The position numbers and the translations under genes are program-made. From NCBI GenBank assembly GCA_039815185.1, contig JBCBZT010000056.1:1-48975 (forward strand): a stretch of DNA of 48,975 bases, read 5' to 3'. Of this stretch, positions 19,279-29,041 are shown in pieces. The notes beneath the pieces are model-generated. The model ran no database searches and had not been told where the DNA came from. It saw nothing but the letters and a program-made list of their open reading frames with translations. The first letter of the stretch is position 1; each line of letters starts with the position of its first letter. The stretch is from Cyanobacteria bacterium P01_A01_bin.123 (GTDB lineage: Bacteria; Cyanobacteriota; Cyanobacteriia; Phormidesmidales; Phormidesmidaceae).

Positions 19279-19341
19279 AGGTCGGGAGTCAATATCGTTT
19301 GTTTTTTCTGGCTTGGGATTTAGGGGCTGTCATTAATTAGA

Positions 19342-19423
19342 CAGGACTTGCGCAGTTGCCAGCAACTGAAGCCAAGGCGCTTTCAAATAGGAGTGCATGG
19401 CCTGGCGGAAAATGCTGAGTTTG
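19342..19423. repeat. Degenerate multi-hairpin element with AGGACTT(A/G)CGCA-type end
   Basis: Outer imperfect inverted repeat CAGGACTTGCGCA/TGCTGAGTTTG enclosing CAGTTGC-CA-GCAACTG and GCCAAGGCGCTTT..GGAGTGCATGGC hairpins. Confidence 0.5.
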
Positions 19424-19572
19424 GTCTCATCGCAATTAATATCTAGCAACAGGTGAGTGATGGCATCGGGTGATCAATAATTTTCTTCCGTGATAGGTTT
19501 TTATAAAATAAGCAAAAGCGTTGTTACGAAGACACAACACTTTCGGTTTGAACTGCGTATTTTGAGGACAGT

Positions 19573-20061
19573 ATGATTGTGGCTTCTAGCTTAAGAGCTT
19601 ACTTACAACCTATTGCTGATTGGTTTGCGGGCTTCGGTGTGCCTGAGCCCATCGTTCATTGGGGACATCCTGCCATGATGGGGATTGTCATTTTTGTGAT
19701 GGGGACGTTTACAGCCTGGGCGGGTTGGCGCGGTAGAACCGCAGAGGATTCTGAGGTGTCTGTCAAAAACCGCAGCAGTCATCGCCAGTTAGCCCCTTGG
19801 CTATTTACGTTTATCACGTTGGGCTATGTCGGTGGGGTGCTGTCTTTGGTGATGCAGGAGCAGTCTATTTTTGAAAGTCCTCATTTCTGGACGGGTAGCA
19901 TTGTGGTTAGCCTTTTGGCACTCAATGGGTTAATTTCAGTGACTAAGTTTGGGGGTGATCAGGCTGCGCTGCGCGCTGCGCATGCTTATTTAGGCAGCGC
20001 TGCGATCGCATTGATGTTTGTCCACGCTTTTCTTGGCCTCAATTTAGGACTATCGATCTAA
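19573..20061 (+). CDS. DUF4079 family membrane protein
   Basis: VHWGHPAMM, SHRQLAP, SPHFWTG and AHAYLG histidine-bearing TM helices. Confidence 0.82.
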   Translation: MIVASSLRAYLQPIADWFAGFGVPEPIVHWGHPAMMGIVIFVMGTFTAWAGWRGRTAEDSEVSVKNRSSHRQLAPWLFTFITLGYVGGVLSLVMQEQSIFESPHFWTGSIVVSLLALNGLISVTKFGGDQAALRAAHAYLGSAAIALMFVHAFLGLNLGLSI

Positions 20062-20411
20062 ACCACAACTGCTTTGAAAGCTTGAGTTTTTGCCCCAGGG
20101 GAAAATTGTGCCCAAAAGTTATACTCCTGGAGCAACAGTAATGCTTGTTCCTTGCTCCCCAATCTGGATTTTAAGAGGTACCCATCACACCCCTGGATTT
20201 AACACTGAGAAATGTTAACCCAGATACCAAACTGACTTAGGATAGTTAAACAGATTTATGCTGAAGTGTTGGTGGGAAATGACCGCTCTCTAAACCGAAA
20301 GCTGAAACAAATGTTTACAATGGAAAGTGTTCCGATCGCGATCGCAATCAGATAAACGGTGCAGTGCCTCAGCAACGATGAGGCCATTTCGGAGATAAGG
20401 ATGAGTTAACT

Positions 20412-21182
20412 GTGCTCAAGAACTTCAAGCAAGACCTGAAGAGCGACCTAATTGCTGGGCTAGTTGTGGTTATTCCCCTCGCCACCACGATCTGGCTGAC
20501 GATTACCGTGGCTAACTGGGTGATTCGGTCCTTGACTTTGTTTCCCAAGCAGCTTAACCCGTTCACCGGGCTAAACCCGATTTTGCTTGACCTACTCAAC
20601 TTGCTGGTGGGGTTTGCGGTTCCCCTGTTTTGCATTTTGCTGATCGGGTTGATGGCGCGGAACATTGCCGGACGCTGGCTGCTGGACTTAGGGGAGCGCA
20701 TTCTTCAATCGATTCCGTTAGCTGGGGCTGTCTATAAGACGCTGCAACAGCTCTTGCAAACACTGTTTCAAAATTCTAAGACCCGGTTTCGTCGCGTTGT
20801 TTTAGTGGAATATCCCCGACGGGGGTTGTGGGCGATCGCGTTTGTCACTGGGGCTGTGGCTGTGGCCCAAGCTAACACAAGCAACATGCTCAGTGTTTTT
20901 ATTCCCACGACTCCCAATCCCACTAGTGGTTGGTATGCCTTGGTGCCTGAAACCGACGTCGTCAATCTGAACGTGTCTATTGAAGACGCCTTCAAAATTT
21001 TGCTGTCGGGCGGTATTGTCGGCCCAAATTTGGCAGCAGCAGTTCCGCCAGAGCGTTTGGCCGCCCGTGTTGCTGCAACCGAAAATACTGACCCGTCTCC
21101 ACCAGTAATATCATTAGAAAATCCATCAACAGATGACTCCCTGCAACCCCTGACGATGTTGCAACTAGAAGAAGACTGTTAG
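20412..21182 (+). CDS. DUF502 family membrane protein
   Basis: DLIAGLVVVIPLATTIW, VLVEYPRRG and FIPTTPNPTSG motifs; precedes nusB-ftsY. Confidence 0.9.
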   Translation: MLKNFKQDLKSDLIAGLVVVIPLATTIWLTITVANWVIRSLTLFPKQLNPFTGLNPILLDLLNLLVGFAVPLFCILLIGLMARNIAGRWLLDLGERILQSIPLAGAVYKTLQQLLQTLFQNSKTRFRRVVLVEYPRRGLWAIAFVTGAVAVAQANTSNMLSVFIPTTPNPTSGWYALVPETDVVNLNVSIEDAFKILLSGGIVGPNLAAAVPPERLAARVAATENTDPSPPVISLENPSTDDSLQPLTMLQLEEDC

Positions 21183-21210
21183 GATCAACATCACATCGTA
21201 GGAACCGATT

Positions 21211-21846
21211 ATGCAGGCTCGTCGAATTGCCCGCGAACTGGCTCTATTAGGGATGAGCCAGCTTCATGAAAAACCTGAGAAAAAAGCTCCAGATTTAGAT
21301 GCCCTGATGCTGGCAGCCGTTAGAACGCTGACCAGCGAAGCCCAAGAAACCCTAGAGTCCGCTGCTGCTGAGCTGAAGCAAAGCAATCGGCACTTGGTGG
21401 ATAGTGAAACTCGGACTACAAATGTAGAAACGGCTCGGCAGATATTAGCCGGCGCGATTGAAAAAACTGAAACCGTGATCAACCGTTTAGGGTCGGCACT
21501 GGAAATTCCTGAATTTATTCAGTTGGCCAATCAGGCTGAGGTTCGCCACTATGCCCATGAGTTGCTCTCTACGGCATTAGCTAATGTCACCGTTGTGGAT
21601 GAACGGCTTAACCAGGCAATGGTAGCGTGGCAGCTCAAACGCTTGGCCCGCATCGATCGCGATATCTTGCGCATTGCTGTGGTCGAAATTCAGTTTCTCG
21701 GGGTGCCTGATCGGGTCGCGATCAACGAAGCAGTGGAAATTGCCAAACGCTACAGCGGTGATGAGGGCTTTCGCTTCATCAACGGTGTGCTGCGCCGAGT
21801 CACCGATCAAATTAAGCAAGCCCGCCAATCTGCACAGCCGTTGTAA
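21211..21846 (+). CDS. nusB: Transcription antitermination factor NusB
   Basis: RRIARELAL, RLARIDRDILR, VAINEAVEIAKRY and FINGVL motifs. Confidence 0.95.
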   Translation: MQARRIARELALLGMSQLHEKPEKKAPDLDALMLAAVRTLTSEAQETLESAAAELKQSNRHLVDSETRTTNVETARQILAGAIEKTETVINRLGSALEIPEFIQLANQAEVRHYAHELLSTALANVTVVDERLNQAMVAWQLKRLARIDRDILRIAVVEIQFLGVPDRVAINEAVEIAKRYSGDEGFRFINGVLRRVTDQIKQARQSAQPL

Positions 21847-21886
21847 CTATATATTTATTGTTAGCCCTTGAGCCTCAGGTAGCCCT

Positions 21887-23542
21887 ATGACAGGTTTTAA
21901 CTGGTTTAGCCGCCAGCATGATGACGCATCCCAGCAGCGTGTAGATGACCAAGCTCAGCCAAGCGTCACAGAAACCACAGATAAATCAGATTCATCTGGC
22001 TCAGATTCCTCTAGCCAGATGAGCCCAGAGGAGTATCTGCAATGGGCAAAAAAGGCGTACCAAAATATTCAACAGCGCCAACAAGACAGTCAACCGGAAG
22101 TTGAGTTTGAGGCAACAGTAGCCACGCCGACAGCAGCGCTACCGAAACCCGACTTACCCGAATCTAAACCCGTAGAACCGACAGCGGCAGAACCTGAAAC
22201 ACCAGAATCTGAGCAAGCTGACGCAGCAACGGCGATCGCAGATGAGATTGCTACTGACTTGGTCCCTGGCGTTTCAGAGTCAGGTGTTACAAACCTGGAT
22301 GCTGAAGCATCAGACGTCACAGCATCAGACGCTGCAGAACTAGAGCGTGTAGAATCGACGGCTGAATCTGCCCGCGTTGAGGCTCCTGAAACGCTGCCAT
22401 TTTGGGCGCAGGCCGAAGCCGAACGTCAAGCCCGCCTAGCGCGTTTACAAGAAACGGCAATCGCCGAACCAGCGCCAGAACCAGAACCAGAATCAACAGC
22501 GACAACCCTGACAGCTCCTGCGATTCCAGACTTTGTGTTGGATGAAGCTTTTATGTGGTCGGCAGAGGTGCTAGCTGCCCAGGGTCGCCGTGCGGACGAT
22601 ATTTCTATTGAAGAAATCACCTGGCTCAACCGCCTGCGCCAGGGCCTCGATAAAACCCGCCGCAGCTTGGTCAATCAGCTTAAGTCGATCGTCGGTCAAG
22701 GGCCACTCAACGAAGACGCCGTGATGGAAATCGAGGCGTTGCTGCTACAAGCCGATGTTGGGGTGGAGGCCACTGATCACATTATTGAAACCCTACAGAC
22801 CAAGCTCAAGGAACAAGCGTTGCCCCCTGACGAAGCGATCGCATACCTTAAATCCATCTTGCGGGAGCTGCTCGATAGCCCCTTACAGGGTGAACATAAC
22901 CTAACGTTTACCCCTGAAAAAGACCAGCTCAGCATTTGGCTGATGACTGGGGTAAACGGGGCAGGCAAAACCACCACTATCGGTAAACTGGCCCACATTG
23001 CCACCAAGTCAGGCTACAACTGCTTGATTGCGGCGGCTGATACCTTCCGCGCTGCAGCAGTGGAGCAGGTGAAGGTTTGGGGTCAGCGCAGTAACGTTGA
23101 GGTGATTGCCAATCCTGGCAAAAATACTGACCCGGCAGCAGTGGTCTTCGATGCCGTTAGTGCCGCAAAATCTCGTGGGGTAGAACTGCTCTTAGTCGAT
23201 ACGGCAGGGCGATTGCAAAACAAGAAAAACCTGATGGATGAGTTGGCCAAAGTCCGCCGCATCATCGACAAAAAAGCGGCGGACGCCAAGGTAGAATCGC
23301 TGCTCGTGTTAGATGCCACCCTGGGTCAAAACGGATTGCGTCAGGCTCAAGTCTTTTCAGAAGCAGCTCAGCTGAGCGGTGTGGTGTTAACTAAACTCGA
23401 CGGCACGGCAAAGGGTGGTGTTGCCTTGGCAGTCGTACAGCAGTTGGGCTTACCCATTCGCTTCATCGGTGCTGGGGAAGGCATTGAGGATCTACGCCCC
23501 TTCTCAAGTTTTGAGTTTGTCGAAGCCCTGCTGAGCGATTGA
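21887..23542 (+). CDS. ftsY: Signal recognition particle receptor FtsY with long acidic N-domain
   Basis: GVNGAGKTTTIGKLA, DTFRAAA, DTAGR and TKLDGTAKGG motifs. Confidence 0.97.
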   Translation: MTGFNWFSRQHDDASQQRVDDQAQPSVTETTDKSDSSGSDSSSQMSPEEYLQWAKKAYQNIQQRQQDSQPEVEFEATVATPTAALPKPDLPESKPVEPTAAEPETPESEQADAATAIADEIATDLVPGVSESGVTNLDAEASDVTASDAAELERVESTAESARVEAPETLPFWAQAEAERQARLARLQETAIAEPAPEPEPESTATTLTAPAIPDFVLDEAFMWSAEVLAAQGRRADDISIEEITWLNRLRQGLDKTRRSLVNQLKSIVGQGPLNEDAVMEIEALLLQADVGVEATDHIIETLQTKLKEQALPPDEAIAYLKSILRELLDSPLQGEHNLTFTPEKDQLSIWLMTGVNGAGKTTTIGKLAHIATKSGYNCLIAAADTFRAAAVEQVKVWGQRSNVEVIANPGKNTDPAAVVFDAVSAAKSRGVELLLVDTAGRLQNKKNLMDELAKVRRIIDKKAADAKVESLLVLDATLGQNGLRQAQVFSEAAQLSGVVLTKLDGTAKGGVALAVVQQLGLPIRFIGAGEGIEDLRPFSSFEFVEALLSD

Positions 23543-23577
23543 TGGAGAAGCTCTGCTGAGCGATTAATGGAGAAGCT
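23528..23577 (+). repeat. 25-bp tandem duplication of the ftsY 3' end
   Basis: CTGCTGAGCGATTGATGGAGAAGCT then CTGCTGAGCGATTAATGGAGAAGCT. Confidence 0.9.
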
Positions 23578-23637
23578 TGAATGTAGATATCGTAGTCTGC
23601 TCGTAAATCAATAATCGGCATGACAATACCCAACCCT

Positions 23638-26088
23638 TCAAATGTTTTCTAAAGGAATAACGACCTGAAACTCGGTTCCTTGGGAAAGTTCTGATGTGCA
23701 AATTAACTGACCCCCATGTTTTTCAGTCACAATTTGATGGCTAATCGACAGCCCCAAACCCGTGCCCTTGCCAATGGGTTTAGTTGTGAAAAAGGGATCA
23801 AATAACTTGGCTCGGTTTTTCTCAGGAATCCCGGGGCCGTTATCTCGAATGCGAATGACAACATGGCTATTTAATCGTTCGGTGGCGATTGTGATGCTAG
23901 GAGCCTCAGCACTATCTGTCTCTCCCCTTTCCTTAATCTTTTGCTCTAAGGCATCTACCGCATTGCTAATTAAATTCATAAACACTTGATTCAGCTGACT
24001 GGGATAGCAATCCACTAGGGGTAAGTTGCCGTAGTTGTTGATGATTTGAATCGCCGAGCGCTTTGGCTGAGCTTTTAGGCGATGCTGCAAAATCAGCAGC
24101 GTACTGTCAATGCCTGCATGAATATCGACGGCCTTTTTCTCGGCTTCGTCCAAACGGGAAAAGGTGCGCAGCGACAGAACAATCTGTTGAATCCGTTTGC
24201 TACCAACGTTGAAAGACCGTAGGATTTTGGCTAAATCCTCTAACAGATAGTTAAGATCTATGGCCTCAATCTGTTCGGCGATCGCAGGTACAGGGTTAGG
24301 ATAATGCCGTTGATACAGTTCTAATAGCGCCATTAAATCACTGCAATAGCCCTCAAGATGGGAAATATTGCCGTGGATGAAGGTGACAGGATTGTTAATT
24401 TCGTGGGCAATCCCCGCCACCATTTGCCCAAGACTCGACATCTTTTCGGTCTGAACTAGCTGTGCTTGAGTTTGCTGAAGATTGTGGATGGCTGCTTCTA
24501 GCTGATCGGCTTTTTCCTGGGCGGTGGCAGCACTTTTTTGGGCCTGGTCATACAATTCTGCCTGCTGAATAGCGACGCTAACCTGGCTCGCTAAGGCACG
24601 CAGCAACTCACACTCAGTCTCTTCCCAATCACGCGGGCCAGAGCATTGGTGAGCAATCAGCAATCCCCAGAGCGTATCTTGCACTGCGATCGGCACAATT
24701 AAGTTGGCACGAACCTGAAGGCCCCTGAGGTAATCCCTGTGGCAAGCATCGAGGTCTGCCCTCTCAATATCCGAGATCATCTGCACTCGCCCTTGGCGAT
24801 ACAGTTCGGCATACTGATCAGGAAAACAGTTGTCCATGCCCATTTCCCCCAGGGTTGACTGCCAGGGTTCAACGACAGATTCCACCACCACTCGCCCCTG
24901 AAAGTTTGCCTCGAAGCGGTAAATTAGCACCCGATCCACGTTAAAGAGTTGGCGGATTTCACGAACAGTCGTTTGCTGAATAGACTGTAACTTCAAAGAT
25001 TGGCGGATTTGGGCTGAAATTTGATTGAGGAGTTCCTCTTGTTTGGCTAGTTTTCGAAAGGTTTTCTCAGATTGCTTCAGTAAATCTTCGGCAATCTTAC
25101 GTTCGGTAATATCTTCAATGGTGCCCAGTAAGCCAATGACATTGCCGTCGGCATCATGAAGGGGCAGTTTGCTGGTTTCTCGCCAACTTAACCGCCCATC
25201 AGCCTGAAGCTGAGATTGCTTGATACGCAACATGGGCGTGTCGGTTTCCATGACCCGGCGATCGCATTCGACATACCAATCTTTTTGCTCCTGAGTCCAG
25301 GGCAGATCGTTGTCGGTAATACCAACAACATGGCTGGGGTTACTAATGCCTGCCATTTCTGCCCAGCGCCGGTTGCAGCCCAGATACGAAGAATTGCAGT
25401 CTTTCCAGAAGATGTATTGTGGGATATTGTCTAATACCAGCTGCATAAACTCTGCAGTTTGGTGAACCGGGCTGACTTCAAGTTTGGTTTTCTTCTCGCT
25501 GCAGCTTCCTAATAAAGAACTGGCTTGACTTTGAACGATTTGTTCGGGGGCCGCAGTGGTTAAATTCGCGAGAGAAGCTGTCTCCAAACCAGGCATCTCC
25601 ACCCCAACCAGAGAGTCAGGATGGGCCGCTAGTTGACTGGCATCAGGCATCCCCGTTTGTGCTGAGCGATCGATCTGGGGCACAGTTTCTCGGCTGATGC
25701 TCAGAATTTGGTAAACCTGACCCTGTTGATCTTTAAGGGGCGTGTAAGTGGTTTCATAGAGCTGCACGCCCTCTGCTGTGGGAAAAGGATGAATCCGTCG
25801 CTCGGCACTCCCCCGTTGTAAAACAGTCGCGATTGCGTCGTCGACCTGCCGCCAGTATTTTCGCCATGGCTTAGGCTGTTGAGTTTGCTTCGCTAAGGCT
25901 GCCAATTTAACATTCGTTTGACCGAGCAGCATTTCGGCAGGACATTGAAGTGCATCGATCAAAGCAGGACTGACGGCACAATAGCTGCGATCGCGCTCGT
26001 AGCAAGCCATTATTTCTAACGATTGCTCAACCAATTGCTGCAATCCATCAAAGGCAATCGGGGCAGGAGAAGGCTTTGCAACGTTCAT
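23638..26088 (-). CDS. PAS/PAC + DXCF cyanobacteriochrome GAF + histidine kinase
   Basis: PAS (IFWKD..YLGCN..DITERK); GAF with DNCF (24823-24834) and CH (24739-24744); H-box GIAHEINNP; DNGPG and GTGLGL boxes. ATG at 26088 with AAGGA upstream. Confidence 0.9.
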   Translation of the reverse strand: MNVAKPSPAPIAFDGLQQLVEQSLEIMACYERDRSYCAVSPALIDALQCPAEMLLGQTNVKLAALAKQTQQPKPWRKYWRQVDDAIATVLQRGSAERRIHPFPTAEGVQLYETTYTPLKDQQGQVYQILSISRETVPQIDRSAQTGMPDASQLAAHPDSLVGVEMPGLETASLANLTTAAPEQIVQSQASSLLGSCSEKKTKLEVSPVHQTAEFMQLVLDNIPQYIFWKDCNSSYLGCNRRWAEMAGISNPSHVVGITDNDLPWTQEQKDWYVECDRRVMETDTPMLRIKQSQLQADGRLSWRETSKLPLHDADGNVIGLLGTIEDITERKIAEDLLKQSEKTFRKLAKQEELLNQISAQIRQSLKLQSIQQTTVREIRQLFNVDRVLIYRFEANFQGRVVVESVVEPWQSTLGEMGMDNCFPDQYAELYRQGRVQMISDIERADLDACHRDYLRGLQVRANLIVPIAVQDTLWGLLIAHQCSGPRDWEETECELLRALASQVSVAIQQAELYDQAQKSAATAQEKADQLEAAIHNLQQTQAQLVQTEKMSSLGQMVAGIAHEINNPVTFIHGNISHLEGYCSDLMALLELYQRHYPNPVPAIAEQIEAIDLNYLLEDLAKILRSFNVGSKRIQQIVLSLRTFSRLDEAEKKAVDIHAGIDSTLLILQHRLKAQPKRSAIQIINNYGNLPLVDCYPSQLNQVFMNLISNAVDALEQKIKERGETDSAEAPSITIATERLNSHVVIRIRDNGPGIPEKNRAKLFDPFFTTKPIGKGTGLGLSISHQIVTEKHGGQLICTSELSQGTEFQVVIPLENI

Positions 26089-26509
26089 TGAAATTCCTTG
26101 AAAGATGGTTGAAGTCAATAAGCCTGAGCAAGGTTGGCTTGACGGCAATACCGCAGTGACGAGGGCTATTTAAGGGAGGCAACGCATTTAGCTCCCAACG
26201 CTGCAAACCATTAGGCAGTTGCATGGCAACTGAATCCGCGAATTGGCGTAGCGCTAATCGCTCTGGGTTAGAGATTTCATCTCCTCACCCAGCTTTGGAC
26301 TACATCCAAAGTACCCAACTCGCTACCAGAAGCAACATACGCTTTTTCAGGGAATGAAATATTCACCTATAAGCCGTATTGACTGCCGAAATAGTACAGC
26401 TAGCAGCGCATTCCTGAACCATACCGTCTACGATAAATGGCTTAGAGTCAACCTGCAACAAATGACACCCTTTAAGAGACTGGTTTCCACTGAGATTGCT
26501 ACCCACCTA

Positions 26510-27493
26510 TCAGTCAGCTTTTTGCAATTGATAAGACGCCCGCAGACAGCTAATCAGATGCTCCCGTGTGGTAATGGGAGCATAGAGGGCGGGGTGCTGT
26601 GGCGACTGACAGGGCTCCAAACAGACCACTTCAGCATCGATATTAGGTCGATAAAAAAAAGTCATCGAGTAGCGGGAACGGGAAGCAGCAGGCTGGGGTG
26701 GTACTACGACCCGATGCTTAGTTGAGCGGAACAAATCATTAGTCCAGCGCTCCATTAAATCACCGGTGTTGACCACAACGGTGCCCGGAATGTAGGGTGC
26801 CGGTATCCAATCGCCGTTGTGCAAGATCTCTAGCCCGCCCACATCATCCTGAAACAGTAGCGTAATCGTGCCGTAGTCTGAATGGGCTCCAGCGCGAATG
26901 GTGCCGGGCTCAACCGCTTCTGGTACAGGTGGGTAGTGTAGCAGGCGTACGGTGCTGTAGTGGCAATCGTGCTGGGCATCAAAGTAAGTTTGCGGTAAAC
27001 CAAAGGCTAGGGCAAAGGCCTGCATAATCTGGTCGCAGACTTCCCCGCCAACGCGGTAAAACGCTAGTAGCGTTTGATTGAGCTCAGTTTGATCCGGTAG
27101 CCATTGCTGATCGGCACCGGGTTGCAGCAGCCCAATATTGTAGGCTTCCATCAAATCTCCCGCCCCGCTGGGATCGAGATGCTGAGTTTGCATGCCAATG
27201 TAGCCGCAGTTGCATTCTGGTGTGGTCCAAGGAATCTGGTTCTTAATGTCTAGGGGCAGATTAAAGAATGCCTGCGATCGTTCAAATAGTTGTGCTAATA
27301 ATGCTGGAGGGACACCGTGGTGTTTGAGATAGAGAAACCCCACATCACGACAGGCCTGCTGGATTTGCTGAGCGATTGCCTGTTTGGTCGGCCCGTTGCC
27401 CCCTCTAAATTCGGCAAAATCTACTATGGGAATAGACAAGGTGGACGATACTTGGGCCATTGAGTCAGGAGAAGTCACAACTCTATCTGGCAT
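26510..27493 (-). CDS. 2-oxoglutarate/Fe(II) dioxygenase, isopenicillin N synthase-like family
   Basis: IPIVDF, GFLYLKHHGV, RLLHYPP, HSDYGTITLL, STKHRV and RYS motifs. Confidence 0.92.
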   Translation of the reverse strand: MPDRVVTSPDSMAQVSSTLSIPIVDFAEFRGGNGPTKQAIAQQIQQACRDVGFLYLKHHGVPPALLAQLFERSQAFFNLPLDIKNQIPWTTPECNCGYIGMQTQHLDPSGAGDLMEAYNIGLLQPGADQQWLPDQTELNQTLLAFYRVGGEVCDQIMQAFALAFGLPQTYFDAQHDCHYSTVRLLHYPPVPEAVEPGTIRAGAHSDYGTITLLFQDDVGGLEILHNGDWIPAPYIPGTVVVNTGDLMERWTNDLFRSTKHRVVVPPQPAASRSRYSMTFFYRPNIDAEVVCLEPCQSPQHPALYAPITTREHLISCLRASYQLQKAD

Positions 27494-27619
27494 AAACTTT
27501 TGCCCTTCTGCCAGTCTGCGGCAGCTAATTAAGCCGATCCTTGATCAAGTTAGACTTTTAATCAAGTTATGGTTATCTATCCTTACCTCAGTTTTATCCC
27601 AGACTGGCCCCTGGCTTTC

Positions 27620-27662
27620 GTAAGCCTTAATACAGGTTTTGAGACAGGGGCAATGCTACTGT
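27620..27662 (+). promoter_or_regulatory. NtcA-activated (class II) promoter for the ABC operon
   Basis: GTA-AGCCTTAA-TAC (27620-27633), 23 nt spacer, TACTGT -10 box (27657-27662). Confidence 0.75.
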
Positions 27663-27749
27663 CCAGGTTGACACAGGCAAGCATATTCAAGCGTTTCAGT
27701 TTCAGCTAGATTGAGTTAGACAACATTTTGCAAGAGAGCGAGGGCCACT

Positions 27750-29024
27750 ATGACATCTAGCAATCAGCGATGGATCGGCATTCGGCGGCGTGATCTGTTG
27801 AAGGGTGCTGCTGGCTTTGGAGCCGCGATCTTGGCTTCTGGTCTCAAAAGCTGTGCCTCACCCGAGTCCGCCACTGAAGCGCCGACCTCAGACGAGGCTA
27901 GCCCAGGTGAAGCTGGTGGAGCCGCAACTGGTGAACCCATCAAGCTTGGGCTAGTGGCTGCTATTACAGGTGGTTCAGCCCTATCTGGTGAAGCGATTAC
28001 CCGGGGACTGACCGTGGCGATCGATGAAGTTAATCAAGCCGGTGGGGTCATGGGTGGCCGTCCCCTAGAGTTGGTGATTCGAGATGATGAATCCACCCCG
28101 GCTAAAGGCGTCGCTGCTGCACGGGAGCTGATTGAACGGGAAAATGTGGCCATTGTCTTCGGCGGCATTGACTCTCCTGTGTCGCTGGCAATGCTACCCG
28201 TATTCCACGAGCTGCAAGTCCCCTATATGGGGGTATGGGCAGCTGCGACAGGCATTACGCGTAATGACAACGACCCCAATTTTGCCTTTCGGGTCTCGGC
28301 TAATGACAACATTGTGGATCGCTTCTTGATGAAGCATGTTAGCGAGACCTACGATACTCAAAACGTAGGCCTGGTGCTGATCAACAACCCCTGGGGCGAA
28401 TCGAACCAGAAGGGGTTTACTGAATGGGCACCAGAATATGGTTTGGAGATTGTCGGGATTGAAAAATTTAATGACGGCGATACTGACATGTCTGCCCAAT
28501 TGACTCGTCTCAAAGACGCAGACGCTGGAGCCCTGTTGCTAGTGGCCAATGCGGCTCCCGGTGCCCAGATGATGAAGTCCTTGGCTCGTTTGGATTGGGA
28601 TGTGCCGGTAATCTCTCACTGGGGCATCTCGGGTGGCCGCTTTTCGGAGTTGGCTGGCCCCGATGCCGATAAAGTGGTGTTTGTGCAAACCTACAGTTTC
28701 TATGGAGAGCAAGGCCCCGTGGGTGAAAAAGTATTGGCGGGTCTAGAGCAGGAATTTGGCCTGAGTAGCCCCAGCGATATTTTGGCTCCGGTGGGCACGG
28801 CGAATTCCTATGATGCGCTCCACCTCGCTGCCCTAGCGCTAGACGTGGCAGGCGTTACCGATGGGCCCCAACTGCGGGAAGCTTTCTATGATTTACCCCC
28901 CTATGAAGGGTTGATCAAAACCTATGAAAACCCCTTCACCCCTGATAACCACGATGCTCTCACCGAAAATGACTACATTTTAGTGAAGTGGGAAGGCGAA
29001 GAAATTGTTCCTGTTGAAGCCTGA
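27750..29024 (+). CDS. Branched-chain amino acid/amide-type (Liv family) ABC substrate-binding lipoprotein
   Basis: Tat-like RRRDLLK plus lipobox LKSC; IKLG, AIDEVNQAGGVMGGRPLELVIRDD periplasmic-binding motifs. Confidence 0.88.
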   Translation: MTSSNQRWIGIRRRDLLKGAAGFGAAILASGLKSCASPESATEAPTSDEASPGEAGGAATGEPIKLGLVAAITGGSALSGEAITRGLTVAIDEVNQAGGVMGGRPLELVIRDDESTPAKGVAAARELIERENVAIVFGGIDSPVSLAMLPVFHELQVPYMGVWAAATGITRNDNDPNFAFRVSANDNIVDRFLMKHVSETYDTQNVGLVLINNPWGESNQKGFTEWAPEYGLEIVGIEKFNDGDTDMSAQLTRLKDADAGALLLVANAAPGAQMMKSLARLDWDVPVISHWGISGGRFSELAGPDADKVVFVQTYSFYGEQGPVGEKVLAGLEQEFGLSSPSDILAPVGTANSYDALHLAALALDVAGVTDGPQLREAFYDLPPYEGLIKTYENPFTPDNHDALTENDYILVKWEGEEIVPVEA

Positions 29025-29041
29025 CGGCCTCTCTTAGATTT

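Noticed and set aside
26354..26725. 123-aa plus-strand ORF and the many other short overlapping ORFs in the track
   Set aside because: They overlap well-supported genes in another frame or strand and have no recognisable motifs.
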